Positions 52,829-64,000 of a DNA stretch of 64,000 nucleotides are shown one piece after another; positions within the stretch are counted from its first letter, which is position 1; each line of letters begins with the position of its first letter. Position numbers and translations under genes: made by a program. The DNA comes from Cenococcum geophilum (lineage: Eukaryota). The DNA is taken from contig CP158635.1 of NCBI GenBank assembly GCA_050273025.1, positions 930,001 through 994,000 of the forward strand. Reading direction: 5' to 3'. Under the pieces are notes generated by a model. The model searched no databases and had not been told where the DNA came from. It saw only the letters and a list, made by a program, of their open reading frames with translations.

Positions 52829-54549
52829 ATGCCTACTCGTGAATGCGGTCGCCGCTATCGCCCCGCCGACGTCCTCAATCAGCATCAGAAGTCTAAGGCA
52901 TCGAAATGCCCGGAGCTGTCGCGACAAATGGTGATTGAAGTAAAGGAGCCCAATGGTACTCCTGCTACAAAAACTGTCAAAGTGATAAGCCAGTCTATTA
53001 AAGTGGCTCCCATAGCAACGACTAAATCCGTCCCGGTTGACCAAAGGACTCCTAAGCACTATAGACGAGTCTCAAAGATCCACAGCATGTCTCCTGGGGA
53101 TTCTCATGGAGAAGATCTACCATTCCCCTCGTCTCCTAGATCTCCGAGGTCTCCGAGATCTCCTAAGGCGATAGAGTTTCCCGTGGATGGCAAGCAAACT
53201 CAAGGAAAGGTGTGTGAGACTTTATTTTGGGCCTTCGCATTATTTATAGCGCCGTTAACTCCGTCTAGAGGCCAGAAAGAAGAAGGAGAAAATCTATCAG
53301 TCTTCATGACAGGCGGGATTGGATGATGAAAGGCACTGCGTTTCAGATTAGCACATTCCAGTCCGCGGAACTTGAACCTTCCCCAACGCCAGTTTCTTCT
53401 AAGGACGGATTTGAATTGCTGTGTACCTATAACTGGGTCTCTTCCAAAGCTCCGACAGTATATGTACCAGGCATGTTGGTCGAAGTACCCTTCTAGCAGT
53501 TATAGTTACTTTGGCTAACATTCCAAGTAGGAGCTCCTCCGGTGTGGACGCCAGTGAAGTTACCCACTACTCTAGTCAAGGATTCCCGTATCAATTTCAT
53601 TGACCAAGACGCCTTCCATGCCCCGACATATCCCTTTGAACCTCTCTTCGAAGCTGTCTCCCTTATGAATCCGAGCGTCCGCTTCAACGATGTTGACCTT
53701 GTTGCTAACCGAAATAGCCTTCGGAAGCTACTGAACTTCGCCATGGGCCGGGCGCACGAAAGCTTCCGCATGGACTTGCATGTGGTCAAGAATACACTAT
53801 TTATAACGCGAAGAGAGAAAAGTGCATGCGAGTTTATCTACGGACACCAGACATCTGGCTTTGGGCATAGTTTTGAGCGTGCCTTTACAAAGTCGCCTCC
53901 GGAACTAGAAGATAGTAGCAGCCATCACCGTGCCATTCGCTACTCCCTAGGCGGTCTAAACTGTGTTGTCCGTTTCGAGGTTGATACGTGCTGTGAGGAG
54001 AACAATAATCCGGAAGCACCGGAAAATGGATCCGTTGACGCCATTTCTCGAAGAAATAGCGACAGCTCACTGGTTGATTCTCTCGCAAAAGTCTCAACAG
54101 CTGAGTCGGATCCGAAGCCACCAAAATGCCATTACACCAAGATTATTCGCCGTGGTCATGTTGTACCATCATCGGCAATGGCCGAAGTCAAAGCACGCAG
54201 TGGCAGGGCTCGACTTGGTGAGCTGTTGCCACAGCTCTGGTTTGGCCGCACACCAAACCTCCTCGTGGGAACACATGACAATGGCACTTTTAGAAAGGTT
54301 GAGCATACTAATGCCGAAGCACACTTTCTAGACTGGGAGAATAAGAATCAGAAAGAATTGCGCAAGCTAACCCGCTTAATCGCAGACATACGCGACCTTA
54401 CTATGAAGACGAAAGACAAAGCTTGTGTTGTAGTTTGCAATCATAACGTCAGGCCGCTAACCCTTAAGGTTTTCACCCCGATGGCAAGAAAAGGTGTATT
54501 ACCAGAGAAGCTTATCAACCAGTTCTGGGATGAAAGCACTGGGGCGTGA
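52829..54549 (+). CDS. Fungal protein with DXO/Rai1-like PD-(D/E)XK nuclease motifs (family often auto-annotated as geranylgeranyl pyrophosphate synthetase)
   Basis: Predicted exons 52829-53209, 53269-53470 and 53531-54549. Motifs TYNW...PTVYVPGAPPVW, DLVANRNSLRKL, GFGHSFE, RFEVD, AEVK, PQLWFG. The first exon and start are less certain. Confidence 0.75.
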
Positions 54550-55465
54550 CTATTTTGGGTGCCCGTGCAACTGAGAAACGCTTATGCAACCGCATTGCGC
54601 CATTCGACCCTTCCGCTAATGATGGTTCCTTTTCCGCTATATGCAGCACTTCCACTTCCACCTCTCCTTCTATATTTCTGACAGTGCCATGAAGTTGTCT
54701 ATGGGGCACCTATACACGTTAAGAGTTCGCCCTCTCCCTCGCCTATTGTATATTCTCTTTAGTTATCGTCTAGCCGTGTCATTATATTTGTGGGGGTCGG
54801 GCACTGCAACAGGCCGTCTCATTGGGATTGAAGGATTTGCATGGGTGGCGTCGTCCTGTTCCTATTAGTGGGAATTATATACAAAATCATAGCGGTCTAA
54901 TGGATAGATTAAGAATGAGATTTTGCTCTCCAAATCTACAATATTACAATCGAAATTTCTCTGTACGCACTGGAAACAAGTTTATTGTCTTTCCAGGAAC
55001 GTCTGCGACCCATGTGTTGGCCGAGAGAACTAGAGATTGCTCCTTGCGTTGGATGACTGGGGAAAGTGAGATAAAATTAGGTCAAAATGCTAGGAAATAT
55101 AAGATCCAATTTCGAAGAAATTCAAAGTGTCCGCCTAGAGTGTTCATGTCTTGCAGTTAGCTTAGCAGCCTTGGACACATGTTTTACACAATGATGGGTT
55201 TAGGAAACAAGGTGCAGAAGATGTTAAACGAACAATGCAGGATTAGGACTCTGTCTATTGAATATAGCTCTAGAAGCTCTCTATATAGATTAGGTAGGTC
55301 CAGGCAACTGAGTTAAATAGGTAATAGAAAATAGGTAATGAGACATTCGATGAAACGTTTAGTTATAAGTTGAGAGACAACTAAGACAAAGTACGTAAAG
55401 ACGATCTAGGTCGTCAGACAGTAGTTCGATGGTGGTAAGGAAGTCCGATTTAGGTCGACAGAAGA

Positions 55466-58400
55466 CGGCCAGGATCCGGGCAGTAACACTTGGCAGTAAC
55501 TTTACTGCCCGAATCTTTTGATCGGCGGCGGCCTAGCAGGCGGTTAGGGTAGCCAAGGCACTACTCGGGCACCTATTTTACTAGTAAAAGCCATATAAAT
55601 GCAATGTTTACCAAATGCCCCCCTACCCCGGCATGCCCCGTAGGCTGCCGCACGGTCAAACGGACGTGCACGTACTTTTGTCACCGCTATGTCAACTATT
55701 ACCGCTCAATCGCCACCCAAGCTCTATATAAATACGTGGTAATGGCTCCCTACGCTCCGTACTAAGATTCTTATTTAAAATGGACGCTCCTACCTTAGTT
55801 GCTCCCGCCGCCGCGCTATAGGAAGCTTAGTCCGTTAAATGGAAGGCTTATAAGAAGCTAAGAAATAAGAACGCGATCGCGGCAATGTAGGTAGCTATTT
55901 AATTAATCCCTCCTGAATACTTGCTTGAGCTAGAAGCTGGTAAGCACTATAATACTTGAGACTTAGCAGTATAGCGCTTTAATAACTACGCGTTCTCTTA
56001 AGGCCGCGAACTCTGTATAAGTGGTGGCCGAATTATATAGCGACTCTATATGAAATGTAGAGCTTATGGTGGAGAGACTTGTAACTATTGGAAGCTTACT
56101 AAGGATAACCACCAGCAGAAGGATGAGGAAGGTTAATTACTTAGGCGGCCAAATAGAAAGATTTTAAAGAAGAATTGTCCCTATTATATCTCTGCTTATA
56201 AGCGCGTGAATAAAAGAGTTATTACCTAGGTTATAAAAGTTAATAACGGTATATATACCTGCGCAGCTATACCGAATTCTCTTTTTTTTCTAAAATATAG
56301 GAACCGTTGGCTATAGTATACAGTAACTATAGCGGAAGCCCTTAACCACTAGGCTGCTAATGTATCCGCAGGAGAGGTACGGCGGCTTCTATCCGCTAAT
56401 AACTTGCTACTAATAAGTAGTCGTAACTACTGGAATATAGGAGGGTAAGTTCATTAAGGTAAATAGATAGGAGGTGTAATAAAGCAGGAGCGATTTATAG
56501 AGCTCCATTCAGCTCTCCAATAAGCCGGCTTCTATACTTGCTTGCGTATTTATATGGAAGTTAATACTAAAACAGGTAAGCTTACTATTTTATTTAGTAA
56601 GATCTAAGAGGTAGTAAGATTAAGGCGATTAAGATTAAGGCGATGGTAAGATTAAGGTAATAGCAAGATTAGGGTGATTATAATATCTAAGTAATAATAG
56701 GACTCTATTAAGAAGAATATTCCCCTTTATCTAGATTACTTGCTAGCCTTCTAAATAGGCGTATCTTGTAGCTTTATAGAAAGAACAGGAAAGGAATAAG
56801 TTACCGCTGTAGATTTAGGTTTATTGGATAAACGACCTTTAGCCTTAATCCCGGCAGTATAGATAATATGGCATTTTCCGGTATATCTAAGTTATAAATT
56901 AGTATAGTGGGACCCACTAAATATAATAATCTAACCGTGCGGTGGTATATCTCGGAGTACTTTGGTATTAAAGCGCCTAGGATGTTTATTTGCTATCTAC
57001 CACTAACTTAATACTAACTTGCTTTTCTCCCTAGGTAACGCTACCTCTTAAGTCCTTATTTAACTTACCTTTGTAACTCCCAAATAAATTACTTTTATAT
57101 ATTAATTTGCCTCTAGCTTCTATATTTGTACTAATACAACATTCTCTATAAACTAGCTCCGCATACCGCTATTAACCGTAGTAATAATAATAAATACTAG
57201 TAAGACAGTTCTAATTATATACTTAATTATTATATCTAAGGCTAAGTAGGTGTTTAAAGAAATGCATAACTTTATAAATGAGTTTATGTTCTATAATATA
57301 CCTATACTAAAAGTTTATATTAGCGATTAGGGAGCTAGCTTCATATTGGCTATAGAAAAGCTTATTTAGAAGGATATCTAGATGCAACTCTATAAGTGGC
57401 ACGTTGTTAAAAATATTAAGACTATATTAGTTAACAGTGGTAAGTACTTAAAGGAGAAACGGAAGATATTAGAGGACTTAATTTAGGCGTATACTAAGTT
57501 AGAGAGTCCCGCTAAACTTAAAGCCAATTATAATACACTTATATATTAACTTAACTAGCTAGAGGCTCTTAAAATTAAAGATTATTGGGGCCTAAGGGAG
57601 GCCTACTTTAATAGGGCTTATACTTGTTATTACTGTAATTTTAGTGCTAATACCTTATAAAGGGGCGAATTAATTTACCTAGTAATAAAAGTAAGGTTAT
57701 ATAAGAACCTTGCGTTACTAGAAGTCATTAATTAGATTAAGTTAGTAATTAATAAAAAGTTTAAGGAGTATAAGAGATTAGAATATAAGGATTATAGGGA
57801 GTCTTTCCGGCTTTAAGATATTTATATATTTTAGTTACTATAGGGTTAAGTAACTAATAAGGCTATTAGGCTTATACGAGACGAATAGGAAGTTATTAAA
57901 TCTAACTATAAATAGTTTGGCTAGCTCGCTGAGGATAGTAAGAAGTATAGGCCGCTTAAAAGTAACTATATTATTACTTGCATGTATTAGCGACTCTTAA
58001 AGTTTTATACACGAAGATTTAATACTAAAGACGGCTATAGTAAATACGGCTGCTATTTAGAGCAAGGCGACTATAATCTTCCTGTTCAATATAGCCTCCT
58101 ATATTGTTATTAGATGGAAAAAACTCTACAGAAATTAGCGTTATTGCTATTAAGCCTTCTTTACCCCTAATAGCTACTTAACAGGCCGTTTACTATTAGA
58201 TTTAATTAGCAACTAAGTTATAATACCTAACTTAGTCCCAATGATAAAGCTATTACTAACAGTAACCGCTTTAGCAATAATGGAGCAGATATAGTATTAG
58301 GCGCGGCGACTGTAGTATATAACGTAATTACTAAATTATACCCTACTAAGTAAGTAGAAGTTCTTATAGACTTATTTTAGCGGTAGACTTAATAGCTTCT

Positions 58401-60039
58401 TCTTAAATTTAAAGGGGTGCGTAGAAAGAATAATGCTATACTAATAGAACTACCTAATCCGGTTTAGACTTTAAAGGTAAAGTTTAAGAAGAAGGGTAAG
58501 GCTAATAAGCATGGTCTTACTGGCCTTAAATAAGCTGAGAGGGCTATAAAGTATAAAGAGTAGGCAAAACAATAGATATCTTAATAGAAGAAGAGGTAGA
58601 GATTGGTAGTAGGGGTCCGTAAGGAGCTTGAAATATCGTTAAATATACTACCTGTATTAACTGCACCTGCGAGATTATAGTGCTTACTATAAGCGGCTGT
58701 TAATAAGCGGAAACGTTAGTTAACCTTATTTAAATCCTCTTAAGAGTAACCGTTAATGATATTAAATATATTTATCTATCTATTTAGCCCACCGTCTCTT
58801 ATACTAGTATCCTCTGGTTGGGACTCTAAAGATTCTAATGACTCTAATAACTTTCTTACGCAGCTAAATACTTAGGATCTTAGGTCGTCGCAATTCGAGA
58901 TATAAGCTATAGTTATTCTACCTATGCGACTAAGCAATTAAGTGCACGGTAGGCTAAACCTAGTTTGGAAATTGTATACTGGCTTAGGGTTAACCAGAGA
59001 CGTGGCCATTTAATGCTATTTCGCAGCTTTGATAAATATAACTATTCCCAACCAATAGTGGTAACCTACGGCTTACTACCTTACTCTATTAAAGTTACTA
59101 CCTTATGCTGTGTTTGATATGCATATAAAGAAGTCCTCTGTAACTTGGCTAGATCCTGCTACTAATATTAACGATATTAGTGGGGGGTTGTTAATGATGC
59201 CCCTACGGCAAGCTTTCCAGCGATACGATTTTTGACGATCGCGATCTTGATTATTTGGGGCGTCTCCGTTACCGCAGTGGCTACCGCAGTGACAGAGACA
59301 CCCCAAATAATCGACTCTCCTAAAGTTCGACACTACCCCTAAGCACTCTGGCTCTCCTGCAGTGACCGAGCGGCCTCAACTTCCTTCTAATGCTCGGCGC
59401 TGAGTCTCATCGCCGCTGAGCCTTAGTCCTCATTGCATCGCTGCAGAGCCTCACGAGCCTTATTACATCATCGCCGAGGCCCCTAGCCTAATCGGGCAGT
59501 AGGAGGTCGCGGGTGCAGTTCCCATTAGTGGCGTGTCAAAAATATTAAAAAAAAAGAGTATTTCCTATTAAATTACGTATCAGTAAGGCTTTAAATTGAT
59601 CGTGTTGTTCTTATCTTATTTTTAACGCCCTAAGTTATATTAAACCTATATATTTGCATTATAGCCTAATAGGCCACTCAAGAACTTTGGGAAAGTGGTG
59701 TAATTATGTTAGGCTAGCTCTAAATTAAATTAAAGCAATTGCAGAACTGACTGTACCACTACGCCGCGAGGACTTTACATTATGATATCTACAATTTAAT
59801 TGAATTATAACCCCTTCCTGAATCTTAATTGCATATTTTTGCGTACAACACCACGCTAAGGCTCACGATGCAGGTGCAGATCACGACTCAAGCGGAGCTG
59901 AATTGCGACGCCGTGGCTTATTAAGATCTACAACACTAAAAACAAGCTCAAAGCCACTGATTTTACCGGCAGAATCGAACTTGGCAAAAGATTCGGGCAG
60001 TAAAGTTACTGCCAAGTGTTACTGCCCGGATCCTGGCCG
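55466..60039 (+). mobile_element. Mutator-like (MULE) DNA transposon with RIPed transposase
   Basis: Perfect 55-bp TIRs at 55466-55520 and 59985-60039; 9-bp TSD GACAGAAGA at 55457-55465 and 60040-60048. Transposase from ATG ~55779 with de-RIPed DATF..N...MPL, GDQGAG and QLCEWHV.KNIK. Confidence 0.93.
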
Positions 60040-60744
60040 GACAGAAGAGGTAGGGAATTGTCGAACAGGATGATCAAGAATAAGAACAACAGGAATCATC
60101 TAGTTATATTGGCCTGAATCGGATTTCCATTACCTATCGACCTGTTTCTATTACCTATTCATTACCTATTACCGACTAAGTGGCAATATCAACCGGGTGG
60201 CAATTGAGTACTGGGTCTAAGCGCCTAACGATCACTAAAAATCCATTTAAAAGCTTGGCAACAGCCAAGCAAGCGGACCTTTTTAGGCTGTCCAAGACAA
60301 GCAAGCAAGCAGCGGGCGGTGGAAATTGTAAGCAAGCAGGTAGAAGGCCTCAGTCTTGCTCATCTTGCTTAATAGCAAGTCTAACCTGCTAAAACGTGCC
60401 GGCGCAGGATGTGGGGCAGTCTATCAAGGCTACTAAGTAAACATGTAACTGCTAGGATCTATATAAGTATCCTTAAGCTTTTTAGTCGTGAATGCTATAT
60501 ACTTAGAAGAGGTTTGGATTCCAAAGCGCTTCAATTTTCCTATTAAATACTGTCTATTCACTCACACTTTAAAAATAGCAGTCAAAGATGCACATCAAAG
60601 CCTGACATATATAGAAATCATTTTTTAACAATTGAGAGTAGAGTTACATCACCATTCAGGGTAGGCCTGCCGTTCAAGCTCCAACCCAGCTGACATCCTA
60701 TTGCGATTTTGTTTTGCATTGCCACAATCCACCAGTGTCAACTC

Positions 60745-61969
60745 CTACTTAACTTTAACATACCCATTGCCATTGTCCTCTTCATCCTCTTTCGGCAGCG
60801 GCTTCTTCAAGCCCACCCTCTCCAATGTGCTCATCGGCAGCTCGCCCTTCTCTACCTGATTGGCATCGACGATATAAGTCTTGGGTCTCTTATCAACATA
60901 GAGCCGAATCAAGTCAGGGCGCATATAATGACCACCCTGATGTTCGCGCTATCAATCAGCATCAATCCTAGAATTGCGGACATTTGAGACAGCCAAAAAA
61001 CAGGGTTAACTCACAAAATCAGCAATGACCTTCGTCAAGTGCGCTTCATCTAAGTCGACATCAACGATCATCAAGCCCTCCCATTCGCGGTCGGGATCGG
61101 CAACGGCGCGATATCCATCTGGGCGGTAGATGCGCGAATAGCCCGAGTGCATACCCTCGGTGACTTGGTCGCGGAGACGCTCAGGGGTATTCAGCTTGGC
61201 GCCCTCGGTGCTCACAACCTGGAAAGGCGCGAGGACCCAGGTGCCGGTCTCAATGGCGTAGGCGGGTGAGACGAGCTCCGACTGCGTCTCCGCAATATTC
61301 GTGTAGGGGTCCGGATACTTCAGCGTAGTGGCAGGCGGGTAGACGGGCCATGCCGCGACGTGGATCTGCTCGCCTAGAGCCGCTGCGTGTGCCTTCAGGA
61401 ACGGGTTCATATTCTCCCAGCAGTTTAGGTGACCTAGTTTGCCGATCTCCGTGTCGACAACCGAGTCCAACGAGTCGCCTGTGCCCTCACCGAAAACGAG
61501 TCGCTCGACGTGTGTGGGCTTAATCTTGCGCCGATGGTTGATAACGTCGCCTCGTGGGTCGATAATAATTTGAGCCATGTAGAGAGAGTGTCCGTCAATT
61601 TCGCTGTATCCCATTGAGACGTAGATCTTGTTCATGCGGGCTGCTGAGCGGATTCGCTGCATTTCATCGGAATCGGAACGGAGGCTGTTCATGCGGTACT
61701 TTTTAAGAAGAGGAAGGCTGTCCTGGAAATTGACTTTCCATTGCCAGTACGGATAGCCGGGAATCCCTTTGGTTCTGTCAGCAACAGATGGCGGTATTTT
61801 CCGAAACTCCATCAAACTTACAGGTCTCAGGGAATGCAACAAGCCTACATCCCTTCCTCCCTGCTTCGTTAATATATTTGATGGTGATCTGGACAGACTT
61901 CTCAAGATCGAACCATCCTGGTTCAGCCTGAACACATGCAGCTTTGTACTGACGAATTGTGGCTGGCAT
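60745..61969 (-). CDS. Nitrilase of the cyanide hydratase/fungal aromatic nitrilase clade, 363 aa
   Basis: Exons 61822-61969, 61015-61766 and 60745-60936. Catalytic triad in [20 protein letters not shown] and [11 protein letters not shown]-terminal [14 protein letters not shown]. Confidence 0.93.
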
Positions 61970-62635
61970 TGTGGTACGTGAGGAAGGATATTTGATAATG
62001 CAAAGACACTCAGGAATTTAGCTAAAATTGTGAAAAGTGTTGAAAACCTGACTGAGTGTCCATTACCGCAGCGGTGCTGCTTCATTAAATACAGTTAATA
62101 TCCCCTGAGGCTTAGGAAAAGGTCTCCAGTATCGCAGTCGTTTTCCGCGGGTAAGCCCGAAATAGATAACGGCGCGGCGAGGTGGTACGATTCATCTTGA
62201 TGAGTCCGGGTAGCCTCTGGGATCGCGGATAGCTATCGGGACCCTGTTGCAAGAGGGAGATCTATATGCAGAATATTCCAAGAGGTGTAGTTGTTGGAGG
62301 AGTAACAAGTGAAGGCCATCCCCACATAATGCCGTATACTGACTAGGGGGGAGATATACTTGCCGAAGATGCCGAAGATGCCGAGGGTGCCGAAGACGCC
62401 GACGATGCCGCTGCAAGTCTGCCGCTATGCCGATCGCGCCAACACGCGGGGAAGCGACATGCAAGAAACCATTCACAGGTGTGTCTCAAGCCATCGCAAG
62501 ATCATAACGGTGGCCGGAAGATGGTCGCTACATTTTCTTGTGGCATGACCATGCAATTTTTGTATGGTTGCATGTGTAGCGGATCTACATCCCAGCACCG
62601 CCACCACTGCCACTGACGTCGACCATACAGGAAAG

Positions 62636-64000
62636 TCAGTTATAGCCGACCTCTCCTGGGAAAGAAGCCCAGAATCCTTGCGTGGCATTAACCGTTATGT
62701 TGTCGAAGTCGGCGCTGGCGAAATCGAAATCCGAGTCGAATGAGTTATCGTTACTGACAGGGAACGTCTGCCCAGGGCTGACGAGTGATCCGGCAGACCC
62801 GAAAGGCGTAGACGTTGGAGAAATCGGAGCGAGACCGGCTACTGTAGTCTGTGATGCGGTTAGTGTTTACCCGTGGCTTTGATAATAGAATTAAGCTTAC
62901 GTCTTGAGTAGGCTCTGCTACTGGAGTTTGCTCGTCCTGGGGTTTCTGGACTGGAGATGGTTGCAGTGCGCCATAATCAACCAACGCACTACGAAGTGCC
63001 CGTCGCTCATCCGGTGAGACGGGTCCATCCTCGCCATGAATCGTCCTATAGAATGCTTGCATGCGTTTAATTGTTTCGAACTGCAAGAAAAGGCCATTAG
63101 GAAGTGACACTGCTAAAGAGGGAAGAGGAATTGTTTAATCGAATAAGAGTTGATCCTTACCCAGTGCTGCGCCATTGGCCACTGGCCTTTCATCTCCTTC
63201 AAAAATACACAGCCCTGGATCACAAGGTTGAGTGATTTTTGAGAGTCACTCGGGCCATCCTCCTCGCCGGGAAAATTGTAGCTGTAAAGCATTACACCAA
63301 CTGCTGTATAAATGGTAAATCCTATCCAGGGAACCAGTCCTCTGAGGAAGAAAACACCAAATGTACGCATCTCTTCGAGCATTTCACAGACCGTAGTGGC
63401 TTCTCGGACAAGCTCGGTCCTAGATAACTTCTGCCAATGCTTCCATGTATCAGGATGATCCTGATATGACCTAGGGACTTCAGACTGGTCGTTTTGAGGT
63501 CCAAGCACAGGCAGATAGGCACGATGAAGGAACATAGAAGACATGAAATGAATCGAGTGCATATAGCAAAAGGCCTGACCTTGATCAATAGCATTGTGGG
63601 CGCGCAGGGAGAATATGTCGTATTGTAACCTTTGAGGCAATGAATTCTTCCATGAATTGAGCGCATAGACTAATCGTTGAAATTCAGACGGCGCCCACGG
63701 GAACTCACTGTTGACTGTATTCGAGCACGCCCATCGAGCAACTAATCCCCAAATATTTGCAGCTCGGAGGCTGTAGGCTATAATTCCCAATTCCCCAACA
63801 GGAAGAGATGGGAGAGGCATCTGCAGGTCCCCATTTAAATTCTCACAGCGCACTGCTTCACCAAACACGAAATGGTCTTTTTCGCACGGGAGTTGAATCG
63901 AAATGTCAGAAGCATCAAGTGAGCGCTTCCGTCCTTTGCCGCCACTGAGCAGACTATCCATCAGGAAACAAGTCCAAGCGGTTCGTCGTCTCTCCTCCAT
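62636..64000 (-). CDS. Fungal-specific transcription factor, middle homology region and acidic C-terminus; 5' part outside window
   Basis: EERRRTAWTCFLMDSLLS...LPC..D.F motif; introns 63081-63160 and 62849-62900; ends ...FDFASADFD...GFWASFPGEVGYN-stop. Confidence 0.88.

Noticed and set aside
61970..62085. N-terminal extension of the 359-aa nitrilase ORF in the track
   Set aside because: The true first exon is in another frame (ATG 61969) and is joined by intron 61767-61821.

Overview
Eukaryotic, intron-containing DNA from a filamentous ascomycete. It shows heavy repeat-induced point mutation (RIP: C>T/G>A changes, TpA-rich, premature stops); the species cannot be fixed from sequence alone. 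Bases ~1-46300 are an AT-rich block of nested, RIP-inactivated transposons. Most insertions can be bounded exactly by their target-site duplications (TSDs). A Fot1/pogo transposase remnant hosts Ty3/Gypsy chromovirus A (883-23192) and a solo LTR. A hosts another solo LTR and chromovirus C (7192-23170). C hosts a second A-family copy, B (15410-21370), and a satellite-filled TIR element, D1. A truncated C-family copy, F (~25110-37709), hosts a GalEa-like Copia, D2, and a solo LTR split by a CryptonF tyrosine-recombinase element. A full C-family copy, E, follows (37895-45657). Bases ~46600-64000 are gene-rich: a WW/FF-domain splicing factor divergent from proteasome alpha-3 (PRE9), a small hypothetical ORF, a DXO/Rai1-motif protein, a RIPed Mutator with intact TIRs, a nitrilase and the 3' part of a fungal transcription factor. 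The most notable observations are: an antisense, apparently spliced Zn(II)2Cys6-plus-coiled-coil accessory gene recoverable from three C-family retrotransposon copies; a Crypton whose empty site can be reconstructed; an unclassified modular satellite TIR element; and self-priming primer sites with compensatory change.
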